Shown in pieces: positions 1 to 7,486 of a stretch of DNA of 9,251 nucleotides. How positions within the stretch are numbered: position 1 is the stretch's first letter; each line of letters opens with the position of its first letter. Both the position numbers and the translations under genes were made by a program. Below the pieces are notes generated by a model. That model searched no databases. It had not been told where the DNA came from and worked only from the letters and a program-made list of their open reading frames with translations. This DNA comes from a virus (taxonomy: Duplodnaviria; Heunggongvirae; Uroviricota; Caudoviricetes): the IMG/VR virus record IMGVR_UViG_2529293246_000005; one strand, given 5' to 3'.

Positions 1-258
1 ATGCAAACCGTTATTTTTGGTCGTTCGGGTTGCCCTTACTGTGTGCGTGCAAAAGATCTGGCTGAGAAATTGAGCAATGAACGCGATGATTTTCAGTATC
101 AGTATGTAGATATTCGTGCGGAAGGGATCACTAAAGAAGATCTACAACAAAAGGCAGGTAAACCCGTAGAAACCGTGCCGCAGATTTTTGTCGATCAGCA
201 ACATATCGGCGGCTATACCGATTTTGCTGCATGGGTGAAAGAAAATCTGGACGCCTGA
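1..258 (+). CDS. grxA: Glutaredoxin 1
   Basis: 85-aa ORF with CPYC active-site motif (GCPYCVRAK); translation matches my recollection of E. coli GrxA along its full length; stop at 256-258, followed by a hairpin terminator. Confidence 0.93.
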   Translation: MQTVIFGRSGCPYCVRAKDLAEKLSNERDDFQYQYVDIRAEGITKEDLQQKAGKPVETVPQIFVDQQHIGGYTDFAAWVKENLDA

Positions 259-267
259 TCGTCTGAC

Positions 268-300
268 AAGCCCTCGCGTTGAGGGCTTTACTGATTTTTT
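268..300 (+). terminator. Rho-independent terminator downstream of grxA (overlaps the 3' end of convergent ybjM)
   Basis: Stem AAGCCCTC (268-275), loop GCGTT, stem GAGGGCTT (281-288), then a T-rich tail ending in TTTTTT (295-300). Confidence 0.6.
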
Positions 301-665
301 CTGTGCTGTGGTTTAAACAAACTACTGATAAATAAGAAACACAGTGCCCCCAGCGCACACCAGAACACCGCGCTTAGTAACCATGCCAGCTCTTGCCAGA
401 ATGAGCGCGTCGGTGAAAAAAACAGCCGCATAATGAGCATCGAACAGGGTGCCGCCAGCATTGCGCCAAACAGAGGTTTCAGGACTTCTCTACGCTGTGA
501 AAAGAAGCTGGCCACTGCTCCAGGAAGAATGAAAAATAGCAAGCCGATTTCAGGATGCCCGGCAGCCCGAAAAGCGCCTTTCATGTGCGTCGCCAGAAAA
601 AGGCACACCACAATGAAGAGGACAAAACAGCAGATTGCCCCCGCCCAACGTTGTTTATGTTTCAC
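288..665 (-). CDS. ybjM: Inner membrane protein YbjM (DUF-type small multi-pass membrane protein)
   Basis: 125-aa strongly hydrophobic ORF convergent with grxA, as in the E. coli grxA-ybjM-ybjL neighbourhood; strong SD AGGAGG 5 nt upstream of a GTG start at 663-665 (minus strand). Confidence 0.8.
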   Translation of the reverse strand: MKHKQRWAGAICCFVLFIVVCLFLATHMKGAFRAAGHPEIGLLFFILPGAVASFFSQRREVLKPLFGAMLAAPCSMLIMRLFFSPTRSFWQELAWLLSAVFWCALGALCFLFISSLFKPQHRKNQ

Positions 666-934
666 TCGTTCCTCCTGACACTGCGTCTATCGAACACATT
701 TTTCGCCAGTGTGGCGTTCAGTAAGATAAAGCCGCTTCGCATTCCATGCTAATATAGGCCAACGCAATTCATATAGCCGTTGATACCTAATGTGATTACA
801 CTAGTAAAATATATTGTTACTTTACTATCGTTTAGGTGCGCTGAATGAATCTGCGCCCTGAATTCTGGTAAAAAACATTATCGTAAATTACCATTTCTTT
901 CAACAGCTTACTAGTAAACAAGAAGTTAGCCTCC

Positions 935-2620
935 GTGAATATAAACGTCGCCGAATTGTTAAATGGGAATTACATTCTGTTATTATTTGTGGTCCTCGCG
1001 CTTGGGCTATGTCTCGGAAAGTTACGACTTGGTTCGATCCAACTGGGTAATTCCATTGGCGTTTTAGTCGTATCGCTGTTATTAGGCCAACAACATTTCA
1101 GCATTAACACCGATGCGCTTAATCTTGGCTTTATGCTGTTTATTTTCTGCGTCGGGGTCGAAGCCGGACCGAACTTTTTTTCCATTTTTTTTCGCGATGG
1201 GAAAAATTACCTAATGTTAGCACTGGTGATGGTTGGCAGTGCGCTGGTGATCGCCTTAGGGTTAGGTAAGCTGTTTGGCTGGGATATTGGCCTGACGGCC
1301 GGTATGTTAGCAGGCTCTATGACGTCGACACCGGTTCTGGTCGGTGCTGGCGATACACTGCGTCATTCCGGCATGGAAAGCAGGCAGCTCTCACTGGCAC
1401 TGGATAATCTGAGCCTCGGGTATGCCTTAACCTATTTAATCGGTCTGGTGAGTTTGATTGTTGGTGCGCGTTACTTGCCGAAATTGCAGCATCAGGACTT
1501 ACAGACCAGCGCCCAGCAAATCGCCCGCGAACGTGGCCTGGACACTGATGCCAACCGTAAGGTTTATTTACCGGTGATCCGCGCCTATCGCGTCGGCCCG
1601 GAGCTGGTGGCCTGGACCGACGGCAAAAATCTGCGTGAACTGGGTATTTATCGACAAACCGGCTGCTACATTGAACGTATTCGACGTAACGGGATTCTGG
1701 CAAATCCAGACGGTGATGCCGTGCTACAAATGGGCGATGAAATAGCGTTGGTAGGCTATCCCGACGCCCATGCCCGACTCGATCCCAGCTTCCGTAACGG
1801 TAAAGAAGTTTTCGATCGTGACCTTCTCGACATGCGTATCGTCACTGAAGAAGTGGTCGTTAAAAACCATAACGCTGTAGGTAAACGTCTCGCACAACTG
1901 AAGTTGACCGATCACGGTTGCTTCCTTAACCGCGTCATTCGTAGCCAGATTGAGATGCCGATAGATGACAACGTCGTGCTTAACAAAGGTGACGTTTTAC
2001 AAGTCAGCGGTGATGCCCGTCGCGTAAAAACCATCGCCGATCGCATCGGCTTTATCTCGATTCACAGCCAGGTCACTGACCTGCTGGCATTTTGCGCCTT
2101 CTTTGTTATTGGGCTGATGATCGGGATGATCACCTTCCAGTTCAGCACATTCAGTTTCGGCATGGGGAACGCTGCCGGGTTGTTATTCGCCGGAATTATG
2201 CTGGGCTTTATGCGTGCTAACCACCCGACCTTCGGTTACATTCCGCAAGGTGCATTAAGCATGGTGAAAGAGTTCGGCTTGATGGTGTTTATGGCAGGCG
2301 TTGGTCTGAGCGCCGGTAGCGGTATTAATAACGGCCTGGGCGCGATTGGCGGTCAGATGTTGATTGCCGGATTAATTGTCAGTCTTGTGCCCGTGGTTAT
2401 CTGTTTCTTGTTCGGTGCTTATGTATTGCGAATGAACCGCGCACTGTTGTTCGGCGCAATGATGGGCGCACGCACCTGCGCGCCGGCAATGGAGATCATC
2501 AGTGATACAGCTCGCAGTAACATCCCTGCGCTGGGCTATGCGGGCACCTACGCAATCGCCAACGTCCTGCTGACGCTGGCAGGGACAATCATCGTCATGG
2601 TATGGCCAGGATTAGGATAA
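935..2620 (+). CDS. ybjL: AAE-family (aspartate:alanine exchanger-like) putative transporter YbjL with two central RCK_C/TrkA-C domains
   Basis: 561-aa ORF; hydrophobic N- and C-terminal halves flank a soluble central region (approx. aa 190-370); translation matches my recollection of E. coli YbjL ([13 protein letters not shown]...). Apparent GTG start at 935, TAA stop at 2618-2620. Confidence 0.92.
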
Positions 2621-2732
2621 AACTGAAGTTGCCCTGAAAATGAAATTTTTTTGCACAACCGCAGAACTTTTCCGCAGGGCATCAGTCTTAATTAGTGCCA
2701 CTGCTTTTCTTTGATGTCCCCATTTTGTGGAG

Positions 2733-2779
2733 CCCATCAACCCCGCCATTTCGGTTCAAGGTTGATGGGTTTTTTGTTG
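2733..2779 (+). terminator. Rho-independent terminator downstream of ybjL
   Basis: Perfect 10-bp stem CCCATCAACC (2733-2742) / GGTTGATGGG (2760-2769) with a 17-nt loop, followed by TTTTTTGTTG (2770-2779). Confidence 0.55.
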
Positions 2780-2855
2780 TCTGAAATTTATGCCGTTTAA
2801 AATCATGACGTTAGAATCACTGTTTTTTAACGATGGCGACAAAATGGCGGCAGCG

Positions 2856-3074
2856 TCAAAGAGAGAGCGCCACCTGTCCTGATTTCATTGGATGCGGCTG
2901 AACCGGATTTGACTCTTTTGGCGTTGCAATCGAACGAACAAAAGTTTCATGGGTTACAAAAGTATGGCTGCAGTTAATATTCTGGCACTGGTTGTAACGC
3001 TCTTTGGTCAATGAAGATACCTGAAAACTGCTGCGAGTATGGGCGGCACTTCCACACAGTGGGCAAATCATCAT
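2856..3074 (-). CDS. ogr: Ogr/Delta-family zinc-finger late-gene transcriptional activator (phage 186 B / P2 Ogr homologue)
   Basis: Translation MMICPLCGSAAHTRSS...KERYNQCQNINCSHTF has the C-x2-C...C-x4-C zinc-finger spacing and resembles P2 Ogr. Position directly after gpD matches P2/186 order. Start chosen at ATG 3072-3074, with a GGGAGA SD upstream on the minus strand; the ORF track's longer 83-aa start is probably an extension. Confidence 0.85.
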   Translation of the reverse strand: MMICPLCGSAAHTRSSFQVSSLTKERYNQCQNINCSHTFVTHETFVRSIATPKESNPVQPHPMKSGQVALSL

Positions 3075-3164
3075 TTTTCGAGTTCTCCCCATTTTTGCTA
3101 AATTCACAATAATGATACCGCATTATTCCATTTTGCAAACTTAAAAGTTCTCCATTGCGAAGAA

Positions 3165-4265
3165 TCATTCCATTTCGAAATCATCAATCCTCACTTCAAG
3201 CTCCAGACTGGTCGTAAAACCGTTATCCGGGCTGACGGTATGCGTCAGAGTCGTAATGGTCCATTCCGCATCATCTATCGGCTGTTTAAAACCACTGACC
3301 TTCACAGGCATTTCCGTGTAGAGATCTGCCCGCCCTTCTGCCAGTTGTAGCGAAAATGACGCAACGCCGCGTTGCAGGCGTTCCCACTGCATTTTCGCCG
3401 CTCGTTCGGCGTTGCTCCGGTTGGCATAAGTGCGATTAAGTACCAGCACGTTTTCATCCGTACCCACCAGGTAATCGCCCTGCTTCGCTTCCGGCTCTTT
3501 CTTCTGCTTCTTAGTTCTGCGCTTACGCTTCACCGTGGTGCTTTCTTTCTTCGCAGGTTCGCGGGTATGCAACCAGCTGGCAATTACGCCCGTGTAGGCT
3601 CCGCGATCTGCCAGGGTAAATCGGTGACTGTCGCCGTCCTTGCGTGTGATAGTGATCACTGGCAGAGGTTTACCAGTGGCGCTTTTGCCCTGCCCCTGCC
3701 GGATGAATAACAGATTGCCATTTTTCACCGACGCGATGGCACCGTACTGTCGCGCCAGCCGCATCAGAAAACTGCCGTCACTCTCATTAGTCTGGTCTAT
3801 ATGCTCCACGGGCTTATCCGACAGGTCTTTACCCAGTGCCATCTTCAGCTTGTGCCGCGCGGCTATTTCCTTCACCACTTCCCCGACGGTGGTCTTATGC
3901 CACGATTTTTCACGGCGGGTATTCAGCGTTTCCCGAAAATCAGCACTTCGCGCCCGGATAGTCAGGCGGTCCGGTGCGCCAGTGTGTTCAATCTCGTCCA
4001 CCGTGAATGCCCCTTTCGGGAAAAGCGGCTGCCCCTTCCAGCCCAGCGCCAGCGTAATAACCGCACCACGGCGCGGCAGCACGATTTTTCCGTCAGCGTC
4101 ATCCAGCTCCAGATCAAGCTGGTCCGCTTCAAAGCCCCGGTTGTCCGTCAGCGTCAGACTCATCAGGCGGTTATCCAGCACAGTGGTGATATCCCTGCCC
4201 TCAATACTGATGCTGAATGCGGGAGTTTTGTTGCCTTTGTTAAGCAGTTCAGAGCTGAAATTCAC
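3165..4265 (-). CDS. D: Phage tail protein D (P2 gpD-like late control/tail protein)
   Basis: 366-aa ORF; translation resembles P2 gpD-family proteins; lies between gpU and ogr as in P2/186; 4-bp ATGA overlap with the upstream gpU. Confidence 0.88.
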   Translation of the reverse strand: MNFSSELLNKGNKTPAFSISIEGRDITTVLDNRLMSLTLTDNRGFEADQLDLELDDADGKIVLPRRGAVITLALGWKGQPLFPKGAFTVDEIEHTGAPDRLTIRARSADFRETLNTRREKSWHKTTVGEVVKEIAARHKLKMALGKDLSDKPVEHIDQTNESDGSFLMRLARQYGAIASVKNGNLLFIRQGQGKSATGKPLPVITITRKDGDSHRFTLADRGAYTGVIASWLHTREPAKKESTTVKRKRRTKKQKKEPEAKQGDYLVGTDENVLVLNRTYANRSNAERAAKMQWERLQRGVASFSLQLAEGRADLYTEMPVKVSGFKQPIDDAEWTITTLTHTVSPDNGFTTSLELEVRIDDFEME

Positions 4266-4747
4266 GACAGCAGCCCTCCCACCGTTTTACTGATATCGCT
4301 TAAGGCAGACGTTGCCGTATCCTGCAGATTATTCAGTTGCGCACTGAGATCACCGAACATATCGGACAGGGATTCATCCACTCGTTTGAGCGACAGGGTG
4401 AACTCAATCCGGCGCGGCATACCGTCGCGGAAAAACTCCGTTTTAGTCTGATTCAGTCCCTCAATCACATACATGCCGTAAATCGTGCCGCTGCCTTCAA
4501 TCAGGGGCCATGCTTTCCCCTGTTCTGCCATCTGCTCCAGTGCCAGCAACGACAGCCTGCCGCCTGTTATCTCCGGCATAAGAACACCGGAAAGCGTCAG
4601 CATGTCGTTGTCCGGTCCCAGAAACTGCGTGGACGGACGACGATTTACCCGGCTGTTAGCCACATGTCGCCAGCTGCGCTGATACTGCAGTTCCTGATAC
4701 GGCACGGTGCGCAGCATAAACACGTACAATCCCAGCACCATCATCAT
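4262..4747 (-). CDS. U: Phage tail protein U (P2 gpU-like)
   Basis: 161-aa ORF starting [10 protein letters not shown]..., resembling P2 gpU; translationally coupled (ATGA overlap) to the upstream tape-measure remnant and to the downstream D. Confidence 0.85.
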   Translation of the reverse strand: MMMVLGLYVFMLRTVPYQELQYQRSWRHVANSRVNRRPSTQFLGPDNDMLTLSGVLMPEITGGRLSLLALEQMAEQGKAWPLIEGSGTIYGMYVIEGLNQTKTEFFRDGMPRRIEFTLSLKRVDESLSDMFGDLSAQLNNLQDTATSALSDISKTVGGLLS

Positions 4748-6144
4748 GCGTCGTATCCCCCCTGATCGCTGTAGTTACTCCTGGCTTTTGCCTTCAGCCT
4801 GCGTTCACGTTCATCAAGCTGGCGGGCCACCTCCCGCGCAATATCCTGCGCACTTTGTCCTGGCTGTGTCTGGATGATGATCTGCGTCGGTGCTTCAATC
4901 CGGTAAATGGGCGGCACAGTAGCTGCACGACTCACCATCGCTTCACCGCCTTTTGCGGGAAGCGCCAAAGGATGCAACGGTGGAAGCTCTGCTGGCGCGG
5001 CAGCAACACCCATCATTCCGGCGACAACGGCAGCCAGTGCAGCTGTATTTCTCCGGCTGGTCACATTTGCCGGGCCGTTAACAATTTCCGGCCCGTTTTC
5101 ACCGACGATGCCAAACTGCCCGCGCGGGATATACCCGCCGCTGTCATACATCCCCGCAAAGCCATATCCCCATGATGGAAAACCACCCGATGGCATCATC
5201 ACTTTACCGTCTGCATTCACCGTCGCAGGTTGCTGACGCGTCACGCTTTCCGGCAGTTTTGCCTTTGCGGCCTCTTTACTGACAATGCCGAGCTTCTCCA
5301 GCAACCAGGAAACGCCGGATTTCAGGGAGTCCAGCGGATGCATGACCATATTCAGCCCTTCCGCCAGTGCCTCCCCGAATCGCCGCCCCATTGCCGCTGC
5401 GCTCTGCAGTTCGGCAGAGGTCGACTTAACGGGCGTCAGCAGATCAGTAAACCAGCCCCACAGCGCCTGCACTTTGTCGCCAATCCACTGGAACACGGGC
5501 TTAAGCGGTTCGAACGCTGCACTGATGGGACCTGCCGCCGCTTTGAATCCTTCCACCACGCCACCGAGAAATGCGGTGATGGGTTGCCAGTATTTCCAGA
5601 CAACCAGCGCCACGCCCGCCAGTGCAGTAACCACAAGACCTATCGGACTGAGCAGAGCACCTAACAGACCAGATATGGCATACAGGGCAACGCGCAGCAT
5701 CGCCAGTGGACCAGATGCCAGTACTCGCAGCACCGTGCCTGCGGCGGCCAGTCCACCGCGCAGTACCGCCAGAGGATTCATAAACATCACAGCAACAGCA
5801 CGTAAACCGGATACCGCACCTGCTGCAACACGTCCGATCTCTGCAGTTGCGCTCATGACGTAATGCGGCAGTTTCTCTTTTGCAACCTCATTAATCGGTA
5901 CACATGGCAGGCAGTGAATCTGTGCCAGAAAACCATCTACCAGCGTTGAATCTTCAGTCAGATCGGTAAGCAGCCAGATTTCTGGTGCGGTTAATAAATG
6001 AGGCTGAGCTGGGTTCAGCTTGTTCCGCAGAATCTGCACATTCATGCCTGCACGTTCTGCCAGTTGCACCAGATTGTGGCGCAGTGCAAATGCACGACAG
6101 GCTTCATCAAAATGTGGATGTTTGGAAACTTGGTAATCAAACAT
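4744..6144 (-). CDS. Chimeric ORF: phage 186 CII-like N-terminus (approx. first 100-115 aa) fused in frame to a tail tape-measure (gpT-like) C-terminal region; deletion scar, likely non-functional as either protein
   Basis: N-terminus [24 protein letters not shown]...[24 protein letters not shown] matches my recollection of the 186 CII (Phage_CII family) N-terminal domain. The remainder is Gly/Ala-rich with hydrophobic segments and ends in a basic tail ([21 protein letters not shown]), sitting immediately upstream of U and D where gpT belongs. Start set at ATG 6142-6144; the ORF track uses an upstream TTG. Confidence 0.72.
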   Translation of the reverse strand: MFDYQVSKHPHFDEACRAFALRHNLVQLAERAGMNVQILRNKLNPAQPHLLTAPEIWLLTDLTEDSTLVDGFLAQIHCLPCVPINEVAKEKLPHYVMSATAEIGRVAAGAVSGLRAVAVMFMNPLAVLRGGLAAAGTVLRVLASGPLAMLRVALYAISGLLGALLSPIGLVVTALAGVALVVWKYWQPITAFLGGVVEGFKAAAGPISAAFEPLKPVFQWIGDKVQALWGWFTDLLTPVKSTSAELQSAAAMGRRFGEALAEGLNMVMHPLDSLKSGVSWLLEKLGIVSKEAAKAKLPESVTRQQPATVNADGKVMMPSGGFPSWGYGFAGMYDSGGYIPRGQFGIVGENGPEIVNGPANVTSRRNTAALAAVVAGMMGVAAAPAELPPLHPLALPAKGGEAMVSRAATVPPIYRIEAPTQIIIQTQPGQSAQDIAREVARQLDERERRLKAKARSNYSDQGGYDA

Positions 6145-6176
6145 GGTCAATGCCTCTGATGTATTTCAGAATCGAA

Positions 6177-6398
6177 CTAATTAAGGTTTAGATTGCATTC
6201 TGAAAGCGCATCAACGGTCATGGCTGCTATGTTGATCATCACTTTTTCGCGTTTTTTATCTTTGCGCAAACGGTGACGGATAAGGCGTCCATCAGCCAAC
6301 ATGTCATTGATGGTATCGATGGACAGTCCTGTCAGCTCGCTATAGCGTTCAATAGTCACATGAGGCGTGGTAAGAGTGATTGAAATGTTAGGTCTCAT
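6177..6398 (-). CDS. apl: Apl/Cox-like small DNA-binding protein (excisionase / lytic-switch repressor-type)
   Basis: 73-aa ORF directly upstream of the cII-like gene and divergent from cI, the 186 apl position. Translation ([35 protein letters not shown]) has an HTH-like segment resembling Apl/Cox-family proteins. GAGGA SD about 10 nt upstream. Confidence 0.65.
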   Translation of the reverse strand: MRPNISITLTTPHVTIERYSELTGLSIDTINDMLADGRLIRHRLRKDKKREKVMINIAAMTVDALSECNLNLN

Positions 6399-6523
6399 GA
6401 TGCAACATTCCTCGTTTAATGATGATTAATCAGGACGAATACGGATCGTTTGTATTTTGTGAACACCATAAACATACGATCGCACTATGAAATCGTCAAG
6501 ATAAAAGTTCACTTGGAGTGACC
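6399..6523. promoter_or_regulatory. Immunity switch region between divergent apl and cI (predicted lytic and lysogenic promoters and operator sites)
   Basis: 125-bp AT-rich divergent intergenic region. It contains a 10-bp inverted repeat with one mismatch, GATCGTTTGT (6444-6453) / ACATACGATC (6472-6481), and a TTAAT-gatg-ATTAA palindrome-like element (6416-6429). Confidence 0.5.
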
Positions 6524-7093
6524 ATGAATTTGGAGAAAGGCGGACGAGGCGCTATAGAGCGCATGGTAGAAGCTTATGGATTCAAAACTCGACAGGCGTT
6601 GTGCGATCATTTAGGAATCTCTAAAAGTACACTCGCTACACGCTACATGCGTGACTCATTCCCAGCAGAATGGGTAATCCAGTGCGCCCTTGAAACGGGC
6701 ACCTCGCTTAATTGGCTCACAACTGGACATGGTTCAAAGCAAACTTCAGGTAATACAAATACGATGGAAGTTGCTAAATATGTATTATCTGATGGTGCCT
6801 TGCGTGAAGACGGTTTTTATATTTTTGATAAGGAATTTCTACCCTCTACGTTTAAAAAACCTTTTGTCATCACAGATAACAATTCTGAATTTATTTGTGA
6901 TAAAGAATTTGATGATATACGTGATGGTAAATGGGTAATAAGTATTGATGGCGAAATAACAATCCGCGACATTACTCGTTTACCCGGTGGAAGAATCTTC
7001 GTTGAAGGTGGAAACAGATCCTTCGAGTGCAAGATAGAAGATGTTGAAATAATTGGAAAAATTATAAGTTTAACAATTAAGTACGTTAGGTAA
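6524..7093 (+). CDS. cI: Phage 186-type CI immunity repressor
   Basis: Translation (IERMVEAYGFKTRQALCDHLGISKSTLATRY...CALETGTSLNWLTTGHG...ITIRDITRLPGG...FECKIEDVEIIGKI) resembles 186 CI, with an N-terminal HTH and a C-terminal oligomerisation domain. Start chosen at ATG 6524 with GGAG 5 nt upstream; the ORF track starts at GTG 6518. Confidence 0.85.
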   Translation: MNLEKGGRGAIERMVEAYGFKTRQALCDHLGISKSTLATRYMRDSFPAEWVIQCALETGTSLNWLTTGHGSKQTSGNTNTMEVAKYVLSDGALREDGFYIFDKEFLPSTFKKPFVITDNNSEFICDKEFDDIRDGKWVISIDGEITIRDITRLPGGRIFVEGGNRSFECKIEDVEIIGKIISLTIKYVR

Positions 7094-7108
7094 TACCGGG
7101 AGGAAACT

Positions 7109-7300
7109 ATGCTTGGTAAGGTATTTTTTGTGGTTTTATCATGTTCTTTGTTATTAAACCCACTAACTACCTATGCTAAAAATTATCCTTGTTCTGGGAA
7201 AAAGGGAGGTGTCTCTCACTGTACCTCCGATGGAAAGTTCGTTTGCAATGATGGAACTATTAGTAAATCAAAAAAAATCTGTACTAAAAACTCGCGATAA
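7109..7300 (+). CDS. Small secreted cysteine-rich protein of unknown function (putative moron)
   Basis: 63-aa ORF with a strong SD (GGGAGG, 5-nt spacer) only 15 nt after the cI stop. The N-terminus [23 protein letters not shown] looks like a type I signal peptide. The predicted mature part is about 40 aa, Lys-rich, with four Cys. Visibly AT-rich relative to flanking phage genes. Confidence 0.6.
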   Translation: MLGKVFFVVLSCSLLLNPLTTYAKNYPCSGKKGGVSHCTSDGKFVCNDGTISKSKKICTKNSR

Positions 7301-7486
7301 TTTTTGCTTTTATATCTGCGCCTAATATAACAATGAGCCGCAGGCTAACCGCAAAAGTCACATACTCACATAGCAAAAAATAGCCAACTTCATTATGGCT
7401 TCAGTGAGATGTATGGTCGCAAGATTTCATACATTGACACTGGTTATACATACAGTAAAAATGCTCTCTATTGGAGGGCATTTTTT

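Noticed and set aside
433-752. Plus-strand ORFs 433-678 and 555-752 antisense to ybjM
   Set aside because: They overlap the hydrophobic ybjM CDS on the opposite strand, and their translations are basic and low-complexity with no recognisable features.
970-1915. Minus-strand ORFs 970-1185, 1317-1703 and 1724-1915 inside ybjL
   Set aside because: Antisense to the full-length, recognisable ybjL CDS; no start-site support.
2745-2775. Possible tRNA or tRNA fragment as integration target (GGTTCAAGG resembles a T-loop-like sequence)
   Set aside because: No cloverleaf can be drawn; the sequence is fully explained as the loop and stem of the ybjL terminator hairpin. No tRNA, rRNA or CRISPR repeat array was seen anywhere in the window.
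2720-2850. 9-bp inverted repeats CCATTTTGT (2720-2728) / ACAAAATGG (2839-2847) and CCGCCATTT (2743-2751) / AAATGGCGG (2842-2850) spanning the junction region
   Set aside because: Inverted 9-mers at this spacing are expected many times by chance in a 9-kb window; there is no supporting structure or conservation evidence.
2974-3168. Minus-strand 64-aa ORF overlapping ogr in another frame
   Set aside because: The overlapping frame encodes a clearly recognisable Ogr zinc-finger protein, so the alternate frame is most likely spurious.
3372-5863. Multiple long plus-strand ORFs (3372-3710, 3640-4293, 3801-4451, 4337-4765, 4485-4682, 4855-5175, 4907-5236, 5230-5664, 5285-5863) and a minus-strand ORF (5436-5636)
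   Set aside because: All overlap the well-supported gpD, gpU and tape-measure remnant genes, antisense or in alternate frames. They have low-complexity Ser/Arg/Pro/Ala-rich translations typical of spurious ORFs in GC-rich coding DNA, and no convincing ribosome-binding sites.
6690-7032. ORFs 6690-6938 (+) and 6817-7032 (-) inside cI
   Set aside because: Alternate-frame and antisense ORFs within the recognisable cI repressor CDS; the AT-rich sequence produces stop-poor frames by chance.
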